Shown one piece after another: positions 10,820 through 21,305 of a stretch of 64,000 bases of DNA. The notes below the pieces were generated by a model, which had not been told where the DNA came from, ran no database searches, and was given only the letters and a program-made list of their open reading frames with translations. Source of the DNA: Dudresnaya verticillata. Taxonomy: Eukaryota. How positions within the stretch are numbered: position 1 is the first letter of the stretch; every line of letters begins with the position of its first letter. The position numbers and the translations under genes are program-made. The stretch spans positions 2,604,001 through 2,668,000 of the forward strand of contig OZ374559.1 in NCBI GenBank assembly GCA_977862235.1, given 5' to 3'.

Positions 10820-13800
10820 AAAACCCTGCGTCCACCGGCCGTACCTCCATCACCAAATGCCCCGCCGTATGTAGAAGACGGCAAGTACCCTACCCCAGGC
10901 GCCCCATCTTCGAGGCCAAACATGACAAGGCCGAGAGTAAGTTAAGCCCCCCTCCGACTGGCAGATCGAATGAACATCATCAGGCCAACCCTCACTCCAA
11001 CTTGCGAATCGAAATCCTACGCTCCTATCGAAGAACGCAACTCGCGACAATGGATTCGGGTCGGACAAGAATCACACATCGGGATGTGGCGATATACCGT
11101 GCGCTTCCAGCCTTGTCGAGGCCCCTAAGACTTCAGCAGCCAATCCTCCAGCTACTAAACCGACTTCCACTGCGTTATGCCTATAGTACTGGTCCCAAGC
11201 TGAATCTACCGCGGATGCCCCACGCCCATTTCAAGACCTGGAGCTCTCGGGGACTACATCTGTTGTACATCTGTTGTTGAACAACTGGCAACGGTCGTCC
11301 ATTCATTGGGCATGGGTGAAGCAATAAGAAATTATTGTCTTCTCTGCATACCCAGTTTCCAAACTCAAACTGGTTTGGGCCGGTCAATACCCCCTCAACC
11401 CGACGCCTATCCTGCCTCCCAGCACCCCTTCGTTCCGCATCACACCCTTTTTTCCGTACGGGCAGGACCGCGCTTGTCGTCGTCCAATTTTGCCTCAATT
11501 GCCAAGGTTCGACATGAGTCGCAAGCCTGGCGTTCCGCTCCCTTTTTCTGAGGGCAATCACGCTGGGGGTCCCAGCACCTCAACCCGCGCTGATACCATT
11601 ACTGCGACTCTCGGCAGAGCTTAAATTCTGCGGCAATACCCGACTGGTAACGTTAAAGGAAGCGGTTCTGTGAAAGAAAAACTGTCGAAGAGATCCCGCA
11701 TTACTACAAGAAGTAGCTCGCTCCCACTCCCACCCCGACTTTCGCATCGATTAGGTCGTTCCTTTCCCTTCCAGACTCTCAAACTTACTGAGAAGTTTGT
11801 AGCACAATCCCCAGGACCTGCTGGCCTATGGCTGCCTACTACAAGTCGACTAGACAGAAGATTTGCGGAAGGCCCTCACCATCTGCAGCCCATGGACGGC
11901 TTCCAGTGGAATGACTTGGTTAGTAAGGAACTGCTTAGCCCTTCTCCAAACAAGACATTGAGTACTACCAATATGCTGGGTTCTTCGAATGGCGCGACAA
12001 CGCATGGAAACGGCTGCGAAAGAAAATAACTCAGAGTGGAATTATCACCGGGTGGGACCGGCAAAACCGAAACTGTAGTACGCGTGAAGAAAGCCGAACA
12101 AACCCTCCGCGACTTCGCCGGTGCGCTTCACATTTCCTCCCGCATGGGTCCAAGTACTGGTCAACATATCTGCAGAACATTTCTCAGCCCTGTCGCCGAG
12201 TAAGCACGTTGGTGGTAGCCCTGCCTATGCAACATCTAGTAGCTCAAATGGACTCATTGAACTCAAGGTTTCCCACCGCGTCATCGGTCAGCCCACTGAA
12301 TACATGCCAGCGTTACGACTGCGAAATCTACGTGCTCTATTCAGACATCCCAACAAGCCCCACTGCCCTTCAACACTACAATACTGCCTACCGACCGCCC
12401 CACCGTACTGGAGATCAGGATAACGCCGACCACTGGTCTTAAACTAGACAAGTAGGCCCACCAAGCAGTTCGGGCCGCGAGGACGAAAATTGCTGCTGTT
12501 CACCGCAGGTCCGATATTACTATGCTCACTCCCCACCCGCACCGCGAATGTGTACCAATCGCTACCTCGTTTACTCGCTGCTGCCTGCCAGAACGCATGT
12601 AAGTACGTACAGGAAATCGACCGAGACGGGCGAGACCGTGCACTTTCTACATCGTCACTCCAGCCGCCCAGTCAACCAATGCACTGCATTGGAAACCCAC
12701 CGCAACGTTCAGCTAGGCACTGGAAGCTGATGGACCCGATGGAACCAAACGGGTATGTGTTGCAGAAAATACTGGACTCCAACACTGCGCCCCACTCCAC
12801 GCCCCACAGTGTTGAACGACACGCAGAATCGCCCTCGGAGAAGAAAGCACACCAATACCCTAAGCATCTTCCAAAAATGACAGTATGGAAACCTAACGCT
12901 GGTAGGCACCTGGAATGTCAGGATTAAACTCCACTTCACTCCACCTGACTTCATGGAACTCCCCACCACAGCCAACCCCGACCTACGCATTTTAACCGGG
13001 ACACATACCGGCATACTACGCTATATGCAAGCGACGGCTTCGGGAGTGTGGCAGGTTCCACACCCGACATTCCCCCTCCCTGCCTCCTGTGCAAGAACAA
13101 GGGGCCCTTGGCTTGACTTGGCGACCTCCTCCCCGCCTCCCGTGCAGTAACAAGGAACAAGGCGCTTGGCGGCGTGGCCATCGTCGCCGGCCCCTAGCTT
13201 TGAGCTACTCTACGGTACACACAAAGCAAACCACAACTCCCGGTCCAACATTCACTGTACCGGCTTGTATGCGTGAACATCTCAGTCTTTGGAGACATTA
13301 TGGGTACACACATTAGCCCTCGAGCAAACCCAGTTGAGATGCCTGCGGAACTGCATGATTTAAAACCACTCACGCACGGCAAGAAATTCCTTGCGGGAGA
13401 CTTGAACGCATGCAATCCCGCCTGGTTCTCTACCCGCAACTAGAGAGAAAAAGCAATCTCAGCATGGTGTTTGTCGACTGGCTTGAAGGTTTCCACCCCT
13501 GCTCACGCCATGTTCTACAGCCCCAACTCGAGCGGCGGATGAAACGTGATCGACGAATGTCTCACAAAGTGTGCTGATCGGCCGCCGCCTTGCGAAAGGC
13601 CCTCGCCGTCTATGAAGAACGGGCCGCTTCTATCGGAATGAATGACTTGGTCAGTAGGGAAATGCTGTATCCTCCTGCTCAGCAGACATCGCGAAGGCCC
13701 AAGCTCGACAGTTTTAAGAATTGCGGGACAACGCATGGAACTGGCTGCGAGCGACTGCCAGATATCTCGGTGTCAAAATTAACACACACACACACACACC

Positions 13801-14620
13801 TTTATTTATTTATCAATCGATGGACCGGCCCTGGGAAGGGGCCTAGGTACTAGGACTAAAACTGGAAGGGATCGGCACAACCGAAACTGTCTTCCCTCGC
13901 GTAAGGAAAGCTAAGCAGACCCTCGGCGCCCTTGCCATCGCCAGACACATCTCCTCCCGCATGCCACCACGTGCTGCCCAACAAGTATACTGCACCGTCG
14001 TCGGCCTTGTCCTCGAATACGCGATCAATCGCCGTCGTCTTGCCCTTCAGGTAGGTCCTTGCGTAGACGGGGCGACTTAGCGCCCTTCCAATCCTACCAT
14101 AAAGGTCTCCAACTCTCGAATACGCGTTAGGGATAACTCTGATCAATCCCCAAACCGTAACCCAATTGGACTCGTGGATGCATTGCTCTTCCGCTCCACC
14201 ATCGGCCAAAACGCTGGCGATATGCCTCTATCACGACTGCGGAAGCTACGCGATTTATTCATGATTCCCGACATGGTCCTGCCCCGCACGAATTTCGACC
14301 CCTCGCCCAATCTCTCAAAGCCCTGTCGCTCCCAGAACCACTCGCCGCGAACCACTCGCCGCTGATCTCTGCGCCATCTCCGACACAATCTCATCTATCC
14401 GGGACGCCTGCAGCCACGCGTTTCCCCTGTCCACTTCCCACTCACAACCCAGTCGGTCCCCACGTAACTGATCCCTTTCCGAAGGATAGCTCCACCCCCT
14501 TTACCGGTCATAGGATACTTTTAATGGATGTCATCAAGAGTAACCTTAACAACTGTAGCTTGCCGGTATGCTTGCCCATGGGCCATCGTCGCCCGCACAA
14601 GACCACCCTAAACAACCATT
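10820..14620 (+). mobile_element. Field of heavily degraded LINE relics, including an AP-endonuclease remnant
   Basis: FLAGDLNACNPAW at about 13387-13425 (APE GDxNA..P.W motif); MPxxRLRxLRxLF motif at about 12300 and 14220; family 3' motif at about 14565-14620. Confidence 0.6.
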
Positions 14621-16951
14621 AAAGTCAAACATCACGACTCTACCATATCGCCTTGTGCGAAACCTGCGGATTACGTAGTTCACAGTTCGCCCCAAACAAG
14701 TCTGAGCCGCGAAGATGAAACCTGCTGCTCTTCGCCAATGGCCCGACAGTATATTACTATACACGACTTGCCATCACATTGCCACGACTGCCCCGTGCCG
14801 AGTTTCGACACACACAGCAGGATTGGTGGATGAGACGGCTACTGGGCAAAAATCCCCGCGCCCGTGCACACCCATAACCGCTTCGCCCATGCGTTGGAAG
14901 CCCCTGCCCCACTCAGAGCATGATTACACCTCCCGGAATGAGCAAGTGCGGACCTACTACAAGAAGTTTTGACCCTTCCCACATTTATTGCGGCCCTCAT
15001 CCACCAGATCGGATGCTGCGCTCGCCGCGATGGATAAACTCCCTGGAATCCTTTCTAAGGTGTGGAAAAAGCCTTTGCACCACCGCTCGAATTATAACAA
15101 GACATTCTGGGTCCCGTTTCGATCTCATACGAAAACGCCGGAACGTATTCCGTAAGATGGCGAGAGCAAGGCGTAGGGTCGAGTGGGTAGAGAAGGGGAG
15201 CGACACCGCACGCATTTAACGTCACTATTTGCAATCCTCCCCTTGCTAATAAGGATGGGCTGCGGGTTTCTGAGAAGAGCACCTTTGCAAAGACTGAAAT
15301 CGATGAGGATAGTTTCCCTGCTGTTCGTCGATGGAAGAAGGCAATTGGGAAGACATCCGCTAGAAAGTAGTTGAATCTAACTGCCTTTGGGGCATCCGTA
15401 GTCATAACGCCATAACATAACAACTGTAGTACCTGATGTGAGCACTTTCATGAAATTATGAAGATTATGTGCATGGAGTGAGGCGCCCATTATAGGTTCG
15501 GGAAATATCCATAAAGAAGCATCCTTTGCCTCGCTGGAAACTTTTTGGACCCCAGTTCGAAGCTGCTGCTCTTCGGAACAAGAAACTACGCTATCTACAA
15601 TGTTCCTTCGGGTGTACATGGTCTGCGCAAGACAGACTTGACCTGAACATTGAACGATTTATGGCGATCGGGCCATAATCGGTATTGTAAGAAAAATATG
15701 ATCGCGGTTAGTTCTTCAGTAGCGCCGACTGGCTACTGCAAGAACTACACCCAACTGGCTGTGAGAGCGTGTAGCAGCAGTCATGTTAGCGAGATGTTCG
15801 GGCAATGCGGTCTCGCAGAGTGTCAGAACTTTGTGCTTATCAAAGTTATTGTGGACAGTCTTCAGGTTAGGGATAGCTTGGTAATCTTCTCCTTCTGAGC
15901 CAGGTTCCCAAGCAAGGTAATGGCCACTTCATTGTGCAGCACAACTGCATCGCGTAAGCAATCTCATGTACAGGTGACGCAGCGCAAGCGGGCAGCATTG
16001 TCAGCAAACAAGAGCTTATGGACTTGGCCATGATTCAAATGGGTACTAATAAGTAAGAGGTTTGGGTACATTAGTGTTCAGTAAGCTTGCAGATAATTTT
16101 AAAGGTCACAAGACTAGCTCATTCAAAGGATCAGAATCGCATCGCTTATGGAAACATTTCTCAACTCAGCATCTTTGGAGTTACTCGCCTCGAAAAGGCC
16201 CAACTTTTTGTAACATTTTTCCATACTTTATCGAAATGATTCATTTACTTTATCAAGACAGGGGGAAGCATCACTTTAACCAATGCGTAAAGGGGGGCCC
16301 AGGGGACGGGACTACAAGGAAGGACTGAGGGCAAGACAGGTAACTCTAGCTTCAGCACGAATAGGCATAATGCGGACCGATTTTGAGACGTATTGAAGAA
16401 ACGCCCTTCTCGATCTCCGAAGCGCAGGATGGTCCCACATGCTGTCGTTTCTGTCGTTGTTGTCAGTGCTGTTGTACGTGGCATACTTAGGGCCCTGAAA
16501 AGCTTGATTTTCAGATAAAGCTTGCTTGTACAAGTGTACACGTCGAAATATCTGTATCACTTCGACAAAAAGGACTTTTTAGCTGAACCTAGAGAATTGG
16601 TCGGGTCAAACCTGGCTTTCTGCTCCTTGATGATACCCCTACTCTATTAAGGTTCCTTTGGGTCTCGAAGGTGGTCTCGGTAGACAGAAAGACAGACAGA
16701 AAGACAGGACTGGCCTATCCAACCCTGCGCACTTGCGGTTCAACTTGCCCAACAATTCCCCCCTACTGATTCCAGACAGTCAGTGCGAATTTCTTCAAGC
16801 TTCCTTGTGCAGTAGGTCATCACGGAACGCAGCGAAGACGCCCGAGCCGAACCCGCGTACCGACGCTGGCCATCAATTGCGCCAGCCCCGTGCGATCTCT
16901 TGGACTGAGAGGAGGTTAAGTCTTAAGAAGATACCAAGGCCTTCCAACCTC

Positions 16952-18535
16952 ATGATGACTACCAGCTCTTCTGTGGCTAGCTGCCCGATGACTGCGATAC
17001 TGATCATGATTCTGATCCCTCTGCTTGTCACTGGTGCTCCTGGTGTTGGGGGCATCGGCAGTAAGCAGCTCTCGATCCACCACCGAACAAGAATGTCTGA
17101 GCCGAGGAAGAGCATTTATGAGATTCTCGCCTCTTCTCCCGAGTTTGGAATGCTCGTGAACTTTCTCGAGGAAACCGATGCAGCCAAGTTCTTGAAGAAG
17201 CCCAATGTTCCGACGACTCTCCTCGCGCCTAACGACAAGGCCATTTTCCGATCAGTTCAAGACCTTGCCGAGGCAATGAAGTGGCCCAAGCCGGAGACCA
17301 AAGCGCAGGTCAACCAAACATTACAGAGGTTCGCGTGTGGCTACAAGGATAGGACCAGGGGGCAGTATACGGTGTTCGTCCTTCTCACATACCAGCTTAT
17401 TGGAGATGGAATCTTCTCCTACGATGAGATGCTTAACATGGAGCAAGTCAATACATGGGCGTTCATGACCGATCTTGCTGTCCAAGGTCGGAAGTTGATC
17501 GTCTCTTACTGGGACCCGAACAGTATTGAGGCCAAAATGAGACCCGCAAAGCTGATTAATCCAGGTAAGAAGTTCCCGAAGGGGACTAATGGCTACATTC
17601 AGCCGATTGACCGCATGATATTCTCCGACCTTAGCGATCGCGAACCTGCCAACAAGAAACAGCTGGCCAGATGCCCTAAAGAAATCCGCTCTTCCTCGCA
17701 AGCACGCCCAGAGAAACGCCCAACTTCAGTTCAGACCAAGCCCTTGGGAGGTCCTGGTCCTGAATTAAGCATGAATCAGCCGAGCCCAAGTCTGACATCA
17801 AGGGCGAGCATTTCACCGTTTCCTACACCAAGCCCGAAAGCTAGCGCTGTGAGCAATCCAACCCCATGGCCATCTCTAGTATACATCAGTCCAGTGCTAC
17901 CCAGCGCCTCTCCTTCTCCTTCTCCAACCGTCTCTAGGACAGCAGTTGCCCCCAGCGTAATCACAGGAAAATCTGAAGCGAAATGTTTCTCAGGCTCGTC
18001 TGTGGTTCATTTGAGTGATGGATCAGAGCTACCCATCAGCCAGCTGTCTGCTGGGCAAGAGGTCATGGCTTCCGAAACTACCCAAAGTACGATATATTTC
18101 TTCTCGCACAAGGTAGAGGCAGTCGCAACTTCATTTCTGGAGATCTCAACAAAGTCGGGCCGAGCCATCTCCCTAACCCATGGGCACTATCTGTATGCGA
18201 ACGATCAACTGAAAGTTGCTGGGGATGTTATTATCGGGGATATCCTGCGCACGATTGACGGCCCGTCCCAGGTTGTGTCCATTGTTGAGAAAGATGGCCA
18301 TGGGCTATTTGCTCCGCATTCCATGCATGGTGATATCGTAGTCAACGGAATCGTTGCTTCGTCATATACAAATGCGTTGAGCCCAGTTGTTAGCCACTCC
18401 GCTCTCTGGCCGTTCCGTGTTGCTGTTCGGCTCGGTACATCCAAAGAACCGCTTGGCGGCCTCATGTACAAAGGCTTCAAGTTACAATCTCATTTTGAGC
18501 TCGTTGTGACCTGGTTACGGTCTCTTACTTCGTAA
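16952..18535 (+). CDS. Secreted fasciclin (FAS1) + Pro/Ser-rich linker + Hedgehog-type Hint domain protein
   Basis: Hydrophobic signal AILIMILIPLLVTG; FAS1 motifs TLLAPNDKAI and NGYIQPIDRMI; Hint start K|CFSGSS, LTHGHYLY, GLFAPHSMHGDIVVNGIVASSY. Start placed at Met 16952, in frame within ORF 16658-18535. Confidence 0.85.
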   Translation: MMTTSSSVASCPMTAILIMILIPLLVTGAPGVGGIGSKQLSIHHRTRMSEPRKSIYEILASSPEFGMLVNFLEETDAAKFLKKPNVPTTLLAPNDKAIFRSVQDLAEAMKWPKPETKAQVNQTLQRFACGYKDRTRGQYTVFVLLTYQLIGDGIFSYDEMLNMEQVNTWAFMTDLAVQGRKLIVSYWDPNSIEAKMRPAKLINPGKKFPKGTNGYIQPIDRMIFSDLSDREPANKKQLARCPKEIRSSSQARPEKRPTSVQTKPLGGPGPELSMNQPSPSLTSRASISPFPTPSPKASAVSNPTPWPSLVYISPVLPSASPSPSPTVSRTAVAPSVITGKSEAKCFSGSSVVHLSDGSELPISQLSAGQEVMASETTQSTIYFFSHKVEAVATSFLEISTKSGRAISLTHGHYLYANDQLKVAGDVIIGDILRTIDGPSQVVSIVEKDGHGLFAPHSMHGDIVVNGIVASSYTNALSPVVSHSALWPFRVAVRLGTSKEPLGGLMYKGFKLQSHFELVVTWLRSLTS

Positions 18536-18839
18536 AGTTTTTTCCGCTGCAGCATCAAACATTGATGATGCAGAACTTTACTGGTTCATGATATAGAAAC
18601 TTGATCCTGCTGAGCGAATATGTCCCCACTAGTGGGTGAGAGTATTGAAATAGAAACTCCTTGTAGTCTCACCTTCTCTCTTAATCTCTCTTATTTCCCA
18701 GTTCATGGGCAGCCCCAATACCCTCTGTGTTGCTCCAATTTGCGACAGGGGAAGGACTACTCTAATGGTAGAAGAACTGGGAACTTCATCCCATTTGGGT
18801 TTCATTATATGGAAAGAACCTTGATAAGATGAAGACCTC

Positions 18840-19165
18840 GGTGATCCACAAATTGCCTTTCACCTTCTGCGACAATGTGGTGGCTCCTCTAGAGTTTCCT
18901 ATCTTCTCAGAACTACCCCTCAGACCTTACCGCTATCTCCACCGCCATTGACAAATCCGCCGACTATGCGCACAAGATCATCCACCCCCCGCCCCCCACC
19001 GCCATCCACTGCCCTCGTCAAAGATAGCCCATAGCCCCATAGCACGCAACAAAACGTATATACATAATTCCACGAGCCCTTTTTTGCGGACCCTCAAGTA
19101 CGCCTGCAAATGGGCCTAAGCTGCCCGCGTAGGACCACTATAAACAACAATTAAAGAATAACATC
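18840..19165 (+). mobile_element. LINE 3'-end fragment, same subfamily as 60971-62916
   Basis: cgactatgcgcacaagatcatccacccccc...gcctgcaaatgggcctaagctgcccgcgtaggaccactataaac matches the reverse complement of about 60970-61220. Confidence 0.85.
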
Positions 19166-19559
19166 ACACCTTCTCTTATAAACTCCTCTCTTGTCGCCCA
19201 TCATGATGAGAGAATGCCGAGGGTATTCGGGAAACATGCTCTTCTCTCTCGGGTTCTTGCCGGGCAACCGATATCATCCCACTTCGATGTGAGGGGTCTA
19301 GACCTCACGCTGTGCACGACAGTCTGAACTATACGCTCCCATTCTGGCGACAAGAGTCAAGCTAGCCAAACCGATTGGTGGTTCTTTGGGATCTCTCCAA
19401 AGCCGTATTCGTATACGATCTACCGCTACGGGCAACGCTTGTTGTCCCTTCAATTTTCTTCAATATCCTTCCTCCATCACCCGTGTTGCGCCATAGCTTT
19501 GGATCACCACGGTTGAACTTGGAGTTGGTGCACCAGTATTATCCGGTACCTACCGACCC

Positions 19560-20050
19560 CTGTGTGCACTATGCAGTCGGGTCCACCACTCCAGTTCCTC
19601 GTCTTGACGTTTATGGTCACCACGCTACAGTTTACACGGCACGGGAGGGGACTATCCGTCGCCATTAACGACCAGCTCTGCGGCCACTTGGAATCCTTCA
19701 GTCAAACCCTCTCTCCTCTTCTCGGTATCGAAGTGCAAACTGAGTATGATTTTGATTACGGCGACGAACCGTGTCCAGGCAACCCCGGTTCAGCCACTTC
19801 TCGATCCTCGTCTGAGCGCTTCTGTGATGCCAGCTACGCTAGCTATGCCACTTGTCTTTCTTCGGGGACCACCCCGGACCGTCGCGAAGATCTGCGTATG
19901 GGTTTATTGGCGGACGATCGGCGTTTTTCACCTCGTCCTCAAGGGTTTGACGTCTCTGTAGTCATTCCCCATTCCCATTCGTCTTCACCCGCCCGCCTTT
20001 CTGTAAGCTACAGTTCCCTTGGTGTGGGCCTCGACGCGTTACCGAAGCCA
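19560..20050 (+). mobile_element. Degraded RLE non-LTR relic
   Basis: DLRMGLLADDRRFSPRPQGFDVSVVIP aligns with LQRLDLVLDDPVFSDSCIGYDLTIVTP of 5568-6287. Confidence 0.5.
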
Positions 20051-20058
20051 AGTGAGAC

Positions 20059-20410
20059 TGGGTATACAAGGTGGAAGACCTAGTGAACAACAATCGCGAG
20101 GACGTTCACGCCCGACAAAACGATATTTACCGTGAAGATATGGATGGAATGCCAATTTCTAAAAACCTGCTGTATGCAACCAAGCGATTCGAAAAACGCT
20201 AGGAAGCCGCAAAGACCTTTTGAGTCATTCCGGATCACGAAGGAGGTCTGATGGTGCAGATTGAGTGGGAAGGAATTCCCGGCGAGACTGATTATACTTG
20301 GGGACGACTGACACAACTGTTTGAGGACCTGCCTAGACTACTGGATGATTTTCTCCACTCGGCCGGTCATTGGAGTTTAAAGTGCAGAGCTCTCAAGCAA
20401 CTCTCAGATT
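20059..20410 (+). mobile_element. Degraded Ty3/Gypsy integrase C-terminus/chromodomain relic
   Basis: Frameshifted WVYKVEDLVNNNREDVHAR and GLMVQIEWEGIPGETDYTW..LTQLFEDLPRLL parallel VYEVSGLVDGKLEIVHASR and GLFVQVQWLGQPDKVDWTW..LYEDVPEKL at 59270-59560. Confidence 0.7.
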
Positions 20411-21305
20411 CAATGTAATGATTTACTGCTTCCCGTGGTGCGGCAAACCATGAGGCCCTGTGGCGCTAGAGCACTGCTCGTGAGCAGAGCAGGCTCACCC
20501 AGGGGATTGATGCACCAGTGTGACATATGCGTGCTCTGCGAATTGAAAGGTATATGGTCACGATTTCTTATATTTCGGACGAAGCAATTTGGTGCACCGG
20601 CCTCCTCAACGTGAATGTGAAAACTCCGTTTCATGTTAGGGTATGTCGTGGGAAACTTAATTCGGGGGTGGTCTGCTGCCGGCGCGCAAGCGCTCGGTAA
20701 TCCGTCACTAGTCATTCCAGCCATCGAGGCTTGCAGTAATTCGACAGTTCGCGGGCCCCGCTGCTCGGCGCGCCACTGGAGGGCAAAGCTCTCGCCGCCG
20801 CCCACAGTGGCTGGTCCAATCTGTAGAGTAGCAGAAAAAGGCACATGGAGTGGGTCACCGCGGAGAGAAGCGGTATCGAACAGGTACCCCCCTTTGCAGC
20901 GCCATCCATCTTCGCCTGGCCTTCCCTCTATGTTCCCTGCGTTCCCTCGTCCTAACTGCGGATTCCCTGTACCTACGCGCGCACGGCCCCACGCGCGTGG
21001 TGGTACGAGTCCCCGAGTCATCACAGGTGGACACAGAATTGTATGGAACAGAAGTTTCGGTGGGGCGGCAGGCAGCAACTGCAAGTGCAAGGCCACAGAT
21101 TGCGTTCGGCTGCCGAAGTCATTTCTCGACGATTCGCTATCGCAGATCCGAGCTGTAAGCATACGAATACTTTGGTTTTGCGACGAATTTCTTTGCCAAA
21201 TTTAACCAATGAGCCTTTTCCGATTTCGCGCCGCCGCCAACGACAGACCGAAGCAGACAATTCCCGCAGCCGAACAACATCGAACCAGTCGGCTGCGTCG
21301 CTGCG

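Noticed and set aside
14900..16300. Possible decayed zinc-finger/TRAF-like gene on the minus strand
   Set aside because: Only vague resemblance across several broken frames; cannot be supported by eye.
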